DNA of 64,000 nt, taken from assembly GCA_002633005.1 (NCBI GenBank), contig NMRA01000107.1:165492-229491 (forward strand), given 5' to 3'. Numbering within the stretch: the stretch's first letter is position 1; each line of letters starts with the position of its first letter. The notes under the pieces are model-generated. The model saw only the letters and a list, made by a program, of their open reading frames with translations, did no database searches and was not told the origin of the DNA. This document shows positions 1 to 13,082 of the stretch, piece after piece. The position numbers and the translations under genes were made by a program. The stretch comes from Phoronis australis (taxonomy: Eukaryota > Animalia > Phoronida).

Positions 1-3000
1 TAAAAACCACCCTCACTGTATAGATAGGTACGTAAAACTAATCCATTCTCTGTAAATGATATTAACACTACCCCCCTTGCTGTAGTTGCCCTTCTCTTTA
101 CCAACGAACCATACACACCTTCTGAAAACTTGATTGCACAAACCTTGTGGTTAAAAAGAACAGGCCCAGTTAAGCACTTGTCTAAAATAATTACAGGAGT
201 TAACTTTTCTCTCTAACAGTAACCTCATTATGTTTCTGCATGCTGAATTTATTTCAAAAGAACGTCACCCACACGCTGTGTCTTGCAAGTGAAATTAATA
301 CTGATGATCAAGTGAAATAGGTGAAGTTATTTAATTCCTTGCACAAAGTGCACCATACTGATGCCACATAAGACATAATATGAATGGAACAGATTAATTA
401 ATGAGAATTACTAAGCCTGTTGTACACCATTAAAACGTTGATGAGCTGTGCACAGACTAACTGTTTAGGCACGCACACACACACAGACACGCCAAGTTCA
501 AGGGGGTTCTTTGCTACTTGGTTTGAATTTGTCCACACAGACTTGACAATGCTGCCTCTGGCTTCCAGTAGCTATAGTAATGGGGGCCTAATATATGGGG
601 AATTTTGTTGACCTGGACGAACTGAAATCACAGGTCTAGCCAGATTATCGGATATTATTTAAGCCTTAAGGCTATGACTCAGGTACACATATATTTTGTA
701 CCAACTTTGTTATTATATCGAAATTCGTGATACGTTAAAGTATTTGAACGAGGGCGAAGCAGGTTCAAAGGCTTCTTAAAAATGTTCCTTGCGTACAATT
801 CTTACCGATTTAAGGTAAAAAATATTAAGAAATTTATCATAAAGTTAACAAAAAATACCGTGTTTACAGCAGTTGCAGTTTTGCTTTTGGGCTCGACGTT
901 TTTTGATTTGTTTGGAGAACGATTTTAAAATTTTACTCATCTAGTGTAGTGCAATAGTTGTCATGCAATGCAAATGTTTACTGCTTTCCTAATCCCAAGT
1001 ATATTGCGGCAAGTTCGAGACTTTTTGTGTATAAAGTATTTTGATCAGGTGCAAAACCATACGGTATGTGCAGAAAAATTGTCAACAAGATTTTTATTTC
1101 ACATAATTGTTTAGATTTACAAACACATATCATAGTGGTGACATATGTAAATACTGCGAACAGAGCTGAACCCGAAACGATACCATATATACAAACATGT
1201 TGCGTGTGATTATAGTGTATTGTGTGCAAAATGGGGAATTTTGGCATGAAAAGTACTTCTTCCATATCACACACCACACACTACGCCTCATATTTCAATG
1301 TTTTAGTATCACGCGTATAGGATAAACTTTTATTATTATGACAACTCAAAATCGTTTTCATGAGCGAACCCTCTCAAACGACCTTAACATTGCAGTAGAC
1401 TTCATGTGCCCATAATGCTGGATTCTGCACAATTCTTGTTCTATAGCATATGTCCAGATGTTGCCAGAAAAAATAGAAAATGTTGTTTATACCTAAAAGT
1501 CTGGTATTTCCAGGGCTCTAATCACCAGACGCATGTAATTCAATTTTTGGCCACAGGTGCTAAGGTGATTGTACAAAGTCAATCACTACAAACACCCACA
1601 CACTGAACTGTCTTCTATCTGGGGCTGTTTACCCTTGTAAGATATGTCAGCACCTAAACAAGGTAACACAAGCCAGTCCAGCTCTGTTTACCATCAATAT
1701 CATAACTTGTGCTGCTGAAACTTAACCAATGTTCAGGAGGGAGTTCTTAAAAAGGGGGTCATCCCTAGACTGTAGTCACTTGAAGTATCGCATTTTGAGA
1801 CCTAGTTTTCTGCACGCACCCAATCAAACACTGCACAGGTATCAAACTGGTTTTTAAAATCCAGCACACCCTGGAACAGCGCTGCACACCAATTCTCCGC
1901 TAATGACAACCATTTTGTGTCCACAGCATACAGCAAAAATACAAACGTTCCTAAATTGTAATGTTGTCAATGTGCAAATAGAGGTACGCTGCTATGAATA
2001 CATTTAAACATTCAAAATAACACATCAAAAACATCATGACAATGGTCAGTAAATTTTTAATTTATGATTGCCAAAGGTTTGGTCCTCCTAAATTAATAAG
2101 TCTGTGTTGGTAGGCAGACATCATGAAAGAGGTTATCAGAATATGAAACCAACAGGAAACAAATACTACCTCGCACAACATGTACCTCATATAATTATGT
2201 ATCTGATTCTGTTCTGGACATTGACTGTGATGTTTCACTAGAAAATATAAGTCCCAGGACTTCCACTCTCAAATTTCAGAAGAAATAAAATTGTGAGCAT
2301 CTGATAAGGTTTATCATACATTACCATCAAATACCTTTCTTTACACCCTTTATGTGTATACCAAGATGTCAGTGCTATTTGCAGATGCCCTTAGCTCTTG
2401 TTACAACTTAGATACTATTGTGTGTTCACTTCAAGAGTACAGATTATGACAAAACACTTGGATACATACATATATTTCAGTGGTTTACAAATTCTATAGA
2501 CGTTAAATTGGTTTAACTCTTTTCATGTTATACATCGGTTTTTATTTTTTTTTCAACTTTTGGTCAAACTGGTCCCCAAAAGTTGGAAATGGGTGTGCTG
2601 TAGTTTTTCAAATGTAGAGACTGGTTTTGAGTTATAATAATTCACAGAATATGATTTTTTTCAAGAAATGATTGAAAATTCACATATTTCAATAGATTGA
2701 CCTTGTTACTAACGTAATACGTTTGTTTCTTAATTACCAAAAACTATCAATCAAATTCCACAATTCTGGTCACAAATGGAGCAGACATATTCAAGTAGCT
2801 GTTCATTATATCGGAAGGTTGTTCATTTTCTGGTTTTGAGAAGCAATGGCGTCACTTGACTGATTTCGGTGGTTCCGCGGAATAAAATAGCAAAGACATC
2901 TGATTAGCCTGTAAGTCAAAGACGGTATAGGTGAAAATGGTGAAGCCAATAAACATGGCTACGGTATAATTTACCAGAAAAAGTGAGAAAATGTCAAGAT

Positions 3001-5552
3001 TAGTTTGTGTCACCTGAAATACTAAAACAGAATTTGTTAATAAACAAAACGAAAAAAATGGTATTTCATGTTTGCTGAAATGGATTTCTCCGAGTTTGAA
3101 CATGTAAAATCAGTCTCTACAAATACCTTGTGGGACAGTTGTCGGCTGGTATGATAAACACCTGGAAGTAGCATCCATGCTGACGAATATCTAGATTAAT
3201 TATTTAAATTTTAAATAGTAAGATTTAACTTCAGCATAACTAAATGGCATGAACCTAAAGAACCATTCACGCAAAAATATTTGTAAATCTATGTAAACTT
3301 CTATGGCACGTTTTGAGGCTCAGTTACAATTTTTTATTCAAGAATGATGGTTGCTTATTCACTCACACCAGGCAACAGGTTGCAGTGAACCGGAGTGGTG
3401 CCCCCAAGTGCCTTGGCGGATCCAGGATTTTTTAAAAAGGGGGTCAAAGTCAACAATTTGAAAATTATAGATTTGATATCATTAAAATCAAGGGAAAAGG
3501 GGGGCCTGGACCACCTTTACACCCTCCCTCCCCTAAAAATGTTTACTATTGCAAGCAGAAAAGAGAGCAACTCAACCTGATGTACTGGTATACCAAGACA
3601 TAACTGTGCTAGGCTTGGACCTCAGCACAGATCATGCACCTCTAGTCTGTAAACTGATGGAGGTTGTTGGCATCTAGCCCTCACCTCAAGTATGAGATTG
3701 ACTGCCCTGGGACTGTGTACATGGGCCATAACTGCTGTGAACTTCATGCAGTAGACATCAAATGGCGGAAGTAAGGAGACCCAGTGTATCCATTACAAGT
3801 GTTTGATTGTGATAAGTTATGTTAATCGCCAAGACATTACTGGGATCTTTGATATGTCTGCATTATACCAGAAATATACTGCAGTTGAATAATATTCCAA
3901 GGAAGCCTTAACCAGTCAACACAGCTTCCATATCTCAGTGACAATGTGCAAGGAATTGAAATGTGCAAAAACCAGCAAAGCTCTGACAGTACAGAAAAAA
4001 CAAGACAACAACATGGTTCTTCCTAGACAACAACATGGTTCTAGAGACAAAAACAAACAAGGCTCAAATTGCACACTGTTTCATGCACCTTGATCTTACT
4101 TTCTCTCTCAATTCACAAAAAACAAAAACAGAATGTAATCTGTGAGTACAATACGCATGGTACTGTTGTTCTAGGGTTTTATCTTCTTATTTACGGCATT
4201 ATTATTCTGTTTCAACTTTTTATAGCGCACTAAAACTCATGCATTACTTAACCTACAAACTTCACTTTTTATACACAATTACATAGTACGTACATCTTTT
4301 GTAATATTCATTACCCAAAATGCACAAACAAAACCAAAAATATAGAAAACTAACTCAGTCCATAAAATGCTTCTTCTACGACTTTCAAGTTACGGTGTTG
4401 TATGGTAACTAATTGCCAGAGAACGGCAAAGTTAGATGCAAATTAGGCAGAAGTAATTGCCAGCTGTGTGCTAATTAAGTGCTTCGTTCCTGAATGTATC
4501 TCACTTCCGACTTCGCAGTAGATCTAAAATGGCGAAGTGTGACTTGGCTCCAAATTGATTTTATGCCCACAGATTTCGTTGGGATGACCCTTCAGGTACT
4601 GATGCGTGTGAGTTGACAAAATCTATTCAAAACTGAAAAGTCACACACTCTTGACTTTAAGTGCCAATTCCTAATGATTCAAAACCAATCTAAAATGGTA
4701 AAAAAGGGATTCACCAACTTCAAGTTGTTTTCATAGTTGTGTCCACAACAACTACCTAATCCCCCTACCACAAAAATAAATACATACGTCCCTGTGTGTG
4801 TAACTGAGAAAGCACAAAGCTATATGCCCAGACCCTTTCTTTGCACACAGCTGAAGATTTCCAAACATCGCTTAGAACCTTTCCAACAGGGTGCAGCACC
4901 ACATTTTAATGTACATGGGGAAAATAGTGCAACAAGTTTCATTTGTTCTTTTTATCACAAAAGCCCTAAATCCATTTTTTCAATTAGACAAATACTGACG
5001 AGTTTTCTTTGAAGGCTTAAAGACAAATCAGTAGTTATTGAACAATGACACATATCTAATCTCCAATCAGACAAGTTAAAACAATTGTTCAGTGGAGTTG
5101 GTGACCAAGACATCAATCATTAATATCCATATTGCGTGGGAAGTGGAGGACAGGATTTGTTTGAGGCAACTTTGATTTGACATGCAGCGATCTCACACAA
5201 ATCAATATTCACATGGTATTGATTATCAGGTAATAATGATGGGATAAGACATGCGATGATGTCCTTTTAGAATTTGATTCTGATCACATCTACAGCCAAG
5301 ATATATTATAATGCTTCTTGGCACTTCAGAGTTAAATTACTGTGTATCACATTTTCCTTAATAAACATTAAAAATGTTTTATGAGGAAGGTAATCAGGTT
5401 AATGTTGACTAGAGCAACTGCCAAACCCTGGAAGCAGTTTGGACACTTGGATGCTATCACTTTGCAATTTGAATATACCTAATTACTAACATACAATTTA
5501 GAATCAGTCAAGGAGAAACAATTGGTGCATTAGTTAGTGGTGCAGGAAATAG

Positions 5553-6120
5553 GCTCAGCCTGGTGTGCTATACCCCTCAGCCTGGTGTGCTATACCCCTC
5601 AGCCTGGTGTGCTATACCCCTCAGCCTGGTGTGCTATACCCCTCAGCCTGGTGTGCTATAGCTCTCAGCCTGGTGTGCTATACCCCTCAGCCTGGTGTGC
5701 TATACCCCTCACCCTGGTGTGCTATACCCCTCACCCTGGTGTGCTATACCCCTCACCCTGGTGTGCTATAACCCTCATCCTGGTGTGCTATACCCCTCAG
5801 CCTAGTGTGCTATACTCCTCAGGCTAGTGTATTATACCCTTCAGTCTGGTGCGCTATACCCCTCAGGCTGGTGTACTACACCCCTTGGGCTGGTGTGCTA
5901 TACCCCTCTGGCTGGTGCATTATACCCCCTCAGTCTGGTGTGTTATACCCCTGGACTGGTATGCTATACTCTTCTGGCTCGCATGGGTGTGATATATACC
6001 CCTCAGGCTGGTATATTATACCCATTGGGTTGGTACACTATACCACTTAGGAAGGTGTATTATACCCCTCAGGTTGGTGCACTACACCCCTCGGACAGGT
6101 GTACATACTATAACCTACCC
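5553..6120. repeat. 22-bp minisatellite (CAGCCTGGTGTGCTATACCCCT)n, ~25 copies, decaying rightwards
   Basis: Period 22 read directly (5561, 5583, 5605...). Confidence 0.95.
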
Positions 6121-6404
6121 AATAATTGTTAAATTATACCATGACCAATAGTGTTTTCAAAGCTATGTGCAGTGACACGTATGATTTTTCCTTTCATCAG
6201 TGCACTAACTCACAATTTTAATTAATATCAACATTCTTGAACAATCAAGGCAAAAGTCAATTGAATTTCATCCATTCACATATGATGGACTGGTATGTAG
6301 CTATTCTCAATCCCAAAAATTCGAATAAGGCGCAGGATTGTATCGCATAGGATATTTCCAAATTTTTTCTACCAAAATACATGTGTTCTGAAAGTCTCAT
6401 TTGC

Positions 6405-6475
6405 CTAACTCTAACCCTAACCCTAACTCTAACTCTAGTTCTAACCCCAACCCTAACCTCAACTCTAAACCTAAC
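6405..6475. repeat. Degenerate (CTAACC)n telomere-like microsatellite, probably inside a TE relic
   Basis: cctaactctaaccctaaccctaactctaac... Confidence 0.75.
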
Positions 6476-9400
6476 TGCCAGTACAATCTTGCTGTTAACA
6501 GAAAAAATCATTTTTTTCAAAAATGCGAATACTTGACAAGCTTGACTAGGTGCGCATTCTGTATAGGCGGGGACGAATCTAACAAAAACGCAAGATTTCG
6601 CAAGATATCGCCATGTGTTACAAGCAAAGCACAGTGACATGATCACACAAGCTTCACAGAGTTTGCAAGATTATAATGTATACACAGATGAACTCTACCC
6701 AGACTTGATTACTAAGAGCAAATGAGAGATGTCCTAATTTTCGTTCAAAACTTGTACAACCCCGCAGCAGGTGATAAGGGTGTTTACTGAAAATTTGAGC
6801 AAAATTTTTGTTCATGTGGGAAATACGGCTTTGCATGTGTACCTTAGTGTCACCATGAAAGTAATTATATTCACTTTCAAAGTAGGTTAACATAACAGAG
6901 TCAGTTACTGGCAAGAGTACAGAAAAGAGGGGGGGGGGAACACAGTTGACAAATATTTGATAGTGGTAACTGAGCAACTGACCTACTGAGTATTCTCCAA
7001 ATTCCACCCATCCAGCCTCCTGGTACTTGGTTCTATTCATACTAGTTTACATGGACATTTTAATTGCCATTTTCATCACTATTTTATTGTCATTTCAATA
7101 TGCCCAGTAAAATTATAACTCTAATGTTATTTCATTACCCCTAAATAGTAGAATACCAAGTAAACTGTGACAGTTGCAATAAATCACTGGCACCACCTGC
7201 AGACACCAGAGCTATCTCACCAAACTCATGGCACTTCACGAGCCATGCTCTTCAAAACATTGCGGTGTCGCGCATAGCACTTCACGACATCGCTTCACAC
7301 CATTTGCTTTGGAGCAAAAGTATGGGGCCTAAGGGAGATTGTAATCTCCAGCCAAACGAAATCAACAAAACCCCCTCACTTGCTAAGAGAGGACACATTA
7401 TAAAATTTCGGAGAAATAGCGGGGGAAATCATCATGTGAATAGTTACAAATTACTATTTATAAATAAACATAAAAATAGAAAAGTAGCGGGAAAAAATTT
7501 CCCTCGTAAATGCTGTTTAAAACAATACCTAAGCAACTGTATGTAGAGTACCGGAAGACAATCATTTTCAAGTCCCCAAAACACAAAATACCTGCCAGAG
7601 AGAAAACCTCAAGGCGAAATACTCAACCCAGCAAACTAACCACCTGAGACTACCTGACAGGACAAAAAACCAACAAGACAATGTTAAAACACTCGTTATG
7701 GCAAAATGCAGGAGGCCTGGGAGGATAGAATACACATCCCGCATCAATTAGGCTAAACTTCTCCACTAATCCCTCCTATGACAGGGTTCCCAATGTTTAT
7801 TTAGGGATTTATAACCCTCACAAGATTCTCTGGCTAAAAATATAGCTACTGTTTTAAGGCAAACGATGATGGGTACCAGCAAAGAGTGGAAAGTAAATCC
7901 AGTGACGTGGGTAAAATAAATCAAATTTGAACAGACTAACGACTCTCTGAGGAGCACTGAAACTGATCTTCCCAGCTGAAACCTTTTTTGGCCAGGCAAC
8001 TTTTAAGACTTAGGTGCGTAGGTGTACTTGAGGATGCCTAGTCAATAAATCTGTGTGTACATATCACCTTAACTCAGCATACACAGATACCATGTTTTAG
8101 GATCACTTGCAAGCCAGAACCTCTTATCACATCAGTGGTCATTTGTATCAACTACTCACTGCAGCAACAATCCCCTCACACAATAGGGGTTATAAACAGC
8201 TCAGAATTTGTGGAACCCAGTATTTAGAGTAGGTAGGGAAAGACCTGGTGATAGGAAGTCATGAGCCACAATATCAAAAGAGAGCAGCTCACATGAAGGA
8301 GTTGACACGATGCAACTATGTGTGAAGTTGACACGGAACAAGTACTCACTGTGGTGTCACTTTTGTCACCAAATTGTGAGGTAGAGTTAACTTGCACTAG
8401 GTGATCTGGTCCATGTAAATTATACGCCTGAATGCAAAACTGAGGGAAGAGATGCATTTATGTCACATGTGCTTGCGCAACAGCTATTTATAACACAGTA
8501 TGCGCACTCCACCTTACCACTATTTCTGAGTTGTGTGTGCAATCGGCTACTTTACGTCAATGAACTTGCGCCGTGTCAGTTTGCGCCGTGTCCCAGTTAA
8601 CGTCTAAACAGAGCTGAGGATATAGCAACCCTTAGGTACCAATTTCCAATGATTCAGTTTCAATAGACCCATTTTCTTGACCACCCTAAGCCACCGCTAC
8701 TGTTTTACACCAAAGATATTATAGTTCTTGGCTTACATGTACACTACACACCAAAAACAAGACAAAGAGACTGCTGAGAAGTGACAGAGCAGCCAATGAC
8801 TGTGAGTCATGACAGATCATGTGACCAGACAATGGAATTAACAATTTCTGTATAAAAATCCGCACACCCATCAAGTATCGATCTTCTTAGCTGTGACTGT
8901 GAGGTAAGAAACGATTGTACAACGGTGGCGCTGAGTACACGACGGGCACATTTTCACAGTGGCATCAGCTGAACTAGGGAACCTTTGGGAAGGGGTGAAA
9001 TATGACACCCCGCATCCATGGATATTTATCCAGGGTTATCCCACTTCCTTGAATCGGCATTGCAGCCCACGGCACAACAGTAATACTTTCCCAGCACGAA
9101 TTTAGTGTGATATAAAATGTAAAGTATTCAAACGACAGATGCTAACATGTGAATCTCCATAGGAGCAAAAGCGAGGCTGTTGACCCGCCAACTGGAAGTG
9201 TGCCGCTATTTCGTACCTTACGGTATAGGAGAGCGATCAGTCGAAGGAGAGTATTAGAGGATAACATACTTTTGACAGCTAAGCCACCTCATCAAATGCC
9301 ATGAAAAATTGGGAAAGTCAAGACAGTATTAAATGCTATTATATAACGCTTCTGTTGACAGATCAATTTCTCTACATCATTGTTTTCCTCAACAATGACA

Positions 9401-10852
9401 CGCCCCATTAAAAAACACAGGACCTGCCACAGAAAACTAGTCCAACAACTTATGAGTCACAATCCACAGTAAGCAGTTGACATTAAGTGGACATAAGAAT
9501 TTGATAACAGTACAAATGTCACGATCCACCTAATCAGGCTACTTTAAGTGTATGTGTGTCAGGTCAGCACACCTGGTGAACCAGGTATGCAAGACCACAG
9601 ACCTCCACACAGAATTTGCCCGTAAACAAGAATTTACAGACATGGGCAAACGAGAAACCCCTTAGGACACATAGTGCATGTGTGTAAAACAGCTACTGAA
9701 TGGGGGGGAGACCTCTCCGGATTTTTCCTGCCAGGCAGAAAGAATGTGATCATCGGGCACATTTTGCAAAAAATTCTATGGTTCTATTTTATTTTGAAGT
9801 GAATTTGCTCTAACGCTATCCATCCACTTGTACATGACCTGTTTGCTGCATCGACATTCATGGCTGTGTCTGCAAAAAATCATTCACACGGAGAAAGGCC
9901 ATCAAATATCCCTTTTTCCATAATGTGTACAGCGCATCGCCGCGGGAACAATTTTTCACACGTACAAACGCCATGGGGCTATATTGACCATCAAAACCTG
10001 AACTAGACTGACTTGTTCCCTTGCATAATATTCGTTACCATGTGACAATAGAATTCTATTCCTGTTCACATGCGCCATTTTTGAAAACCCAGTTTTAGGG
10101 TTGGCCATCTCCAATATTCTATGAAGCAGTTTGTTGAGTGGTACACGCTCCAATTCGCAACTGCATTACTTCACTGATGATCTGGCCTTCTTGTTGGTAG
10201 CGGACATGAAATCTTATCACAGTAAGGAATATCGGTATCGGGAGACCGACTTAATGAGAATAAATGGTTTTTTAGCAACAGGGTATAAAACAGGACTAAT
10301 ATCTGAGTTATTTTATTTTGGACAGGCCAATGAGCTCCCAAATACACCCAAATGCCTACTTTACTTGGGCGTCCATGGTGTCCACATGGATGACCACCAG
10401 ATGTAGGTCTGCCCACCATGAGTGTTCATTCCTTTTACAGACATTTTGCAACACAATGATGCTGCCAGCCAAAAGTGTGATTGAATTCTCCAGAATGTTA
10501 TCTCGAAGATAAAGACATGGGTAAAATCTCACACAGAAGTATACAGATAAGTCAGATTTCATGCATTTAGTTTCCTGAGAACTATTCGAAATGTATCACT
10601 CCCAAATACAAAATGACTGGTTTTAATATGATATGATACATTTAGTATAAAGTCTGATTCTTTTTCTTGTGTTTTATGACAATCAGCTATGACCACAACA
10701 TTGCTAAAACCATTCCATGAAAAAGTAGACGTAAGAATTCACGCATAAGGAAATCAAACAGCACATGTTATACAGCTCATACATGGACTGTAAGTCAAAT
10801 ACTATATCGCGCCATTTACAAAATCCTTTTTCATTTTCATTCTGAATTCACA

Positions 10853-10881
10853 ATAAATAAAATAAAATAAAATAAAATAAA
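10853..10881. repeat. (AAAAT)n microsatellite
   Basis: Read directly. Confidence 0.85.
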
Positions 10882-11354
10882 CCTGAAATTAGAAGAAAAT
10901 GTCTCAAACTGGTATAACCTTATAAACTCCAACTGTTTCGCACTTGTTGTACACCTGGGTAATACTAAACCTATTCTGTGGGATTATGAGCCCAAAAAGC
11001 CTCTACGGAGATTTCTCAGAAAAAGTGGTGGGCTCTTTTGGAAACTTGTATGGCTTACAAAAGTGCCATTTTTAAGCAGTGGCATTTAAAAGTGCTGTAA
11101 GGAGAAGTAAGTGATTGTACAAATGATAAAAAATTCAACTTATAAAACGTGGCAATTCGTTTCTTCTACCTAGCTATTTTAATATGAAAATTGACTTGGA
11201 CTATCAGTCAGGGTTCACTTTACAGGGAATTTAGCCACTGGAAGAAGTACTTTGACGCCTCCTATGACAAGTAATGGGTAAACTTGTAACGGCTCTTTCA
11301 AGGACCAACATTGAGAAAACAATGACATTTTGTGCAACTTCAACTATTTACATG

Positions 11355-11550
11355 GCCTTTTAGACAGAGCCTTAGACTCAGTGTTGGGTGACCATTTGGA
11401 CAGAGCCTTAGACTCATGGGTTGAGTGTGGTCACTTGACAATAGACCGTTTGAAAAGTGCCTCAGACTCAACCCTTGAGTATGGCCATTGTCAGATGACT
11501 AGTTAGAGCCTTAGACTCAGTGTTGTATGATCGTATAGATAGAGCCGAAA
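11355..11550. repeat. Degenerate ~40-50 bp tandem repeat with core AGAGCCTTAGACTCA
   Basis: Core recurs 4-5 times just inside the TESK intron. Confidence 0.7.
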
Positions 11551-11601
11551 ATAGGCTCAGTGTGGACTGTGGCCACATGACATGAGAAAAAGACCACTCA
11601 C

Positions 11602-12369
11602 CTTGAATACTTCAGAAAAGAAGCCAGCACCAATTTTCTCTGTGAAGAAGTCATCTATTCTGTAGAGGTTTTGTATCGCATTGCGCAGCGCCTTGCAGGA
11701 TGCACCTGTAGGTGGCGGGACGTGTGCCGATGATTTCTGCACCCATTCGTATGTATCACTAGCTGGCGATTTCTCCCTAAACCTTTGAGTAAGGTCTCCT
11801 CTGAGGAGATCGTTATCACATTTATGCTTGGCGTGGATATCACATTTGTATATTGTTCTGTAAATCTTGTGTCCCGACTCCATGGTACGGTTATCATCAT
11901 CACAGTTGGAAGTTATTGTAGTGCTGACTATCTCTTGTTCTCTGTTATTGTTGTTCATACAGCTGTAGGAAACTTGTTCTGGGTAAAGCCGAGTTTTTGA
12001 CACAATACTAATAGTACGCAAACCCGAAGTTCTCGATGGTGCCGACAATCGCCTCTCTTTTGTACACGAACCATTGACCTGTGCACTTGTAAGCGAAGAC
12101 CCAGAGTTATCATCAACTCCAGAAGTATTTCTTTCACTGGTGAACACAGGAGCATGAACATTTTCATGTGAGTGGTCACACAAGGGTGCTCCATCAAACA
12201 CAAACCAGCCATTTGCACCTGAACATAAGTCCCCAGACCCTTCATTAGAATCAGGGCCTGGTGACCCCTGTCTGGTGACCTCTGACGTGCACTCAGCTGA
12301 GCCACTGTTGTGTGGCATCACAGGTTGATGACCAACACCTGTCACACCTGAACCTCTGTTGCCACTCAT
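11602..12369 (-). CDS. TESK2: TESK-family dual-specificity protein kinase (TESK1/2, Drosophila cdi-like), first coding exon; gene apparently continues left of the window
   Basis: ATG at 12369 just inside an acceptor (tattttag, exon starts 12379). The 256 codons end in ...[33 protein letters not shown] followed by donor GTGAGT (phase 0). KIGxGFFSEVxK preceded by ALRxA...DDF is the TESK subdomain-I signature. No further kinase exon found in 1-11601. Confidence 0.9.
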
Positions 12370-12656
12370 GGTCAACTTGCTAAAATAATAAGTAAACAAT
12401 ATAAAGCTTAGATATAGGGAAAGGTAACGACCACAACATCAACTACAACAGTAACTGAACTTTTTTTATGAAAATTGGTGTAACCATGTCCTGGCATATC
12501 AAGTCAGCAAAATTTATTAAATTTTTATTATGCTTTTCTATTGATATTTTGTCACCTTCACAATGATTTCGTATGTTTACAAACACACAGAGCAAATGAC
12601 TATGGGAGTTCTGAATTTAACTACTACATTTAATCAAATTACTTGGAAGTTTCCTG

Positions 12657-13082
12657 TGGCAGGTTGCGTGAAACAGTCCCAAATAGGGACTCAACTAAGG
12701 TACACCTAAGTCTTTTTGTGTATTTGTGTATGAATGAACTCACTGATGCAATATTTTTCTATCATTTCATCTTTATTACGAGCTTCTCTTTGATTAATGA
12801 TATTTTCTAATAATTGAACTAAAAACTGAGCCCAGAGTTTATTGAAAATAAATAGGGACCTTAAATTGAGCATAATGCACGAAAAGATCCCTAATTTTTT
12901 TTTCGTTAATGTTGACAATTCAACATAAAGTTCACTCTTGATTCGTATCAAAGTCAAAAGTTGACTTAGTAATGAAACTAAAGCGATAAAATAAAGGGCA
13001 ATTTTTGCTTTCACAAGTCCAAAAATTAGGTTTTAGGGAACTTAGTTGAGTCCTTATTTGGGACTGTTTCGTGCAATCGGCA
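12657..13082. mobile_element. PIF/Harbinger-type MITE
   Basis: ~40-bp imperfect TIRs (GTTGCGTGAAACAGTCCCAAATAGGGACTCAACTAAG / CTTAGTTGAGTCCTTATTTGGGACTGTTTCGTGCAAT), flanked by CTG on both sides. Confidence 0.7.

Noticed and set aside
5537-6132. Overlapping ORFs with repeating SAWCAIPLSLVCYTPQPGVLYP
   Set aside because: Artefact of a stop-free 22-bp minisatellite read in several frames; no supported exon structure or homology.
6257-6646. ORFs with VRVRVR / PNPNPN tracts; possible telomere
   Set aside because: Translation of a short degenerate (CTAACC)n tract; interstitial and too short for a telomere.
9956-10562. Cluster of short ORFs as further TESK kinase exons
   Set aside because: None encodes the expected next motifs (VMVLKMN, HPNILR).
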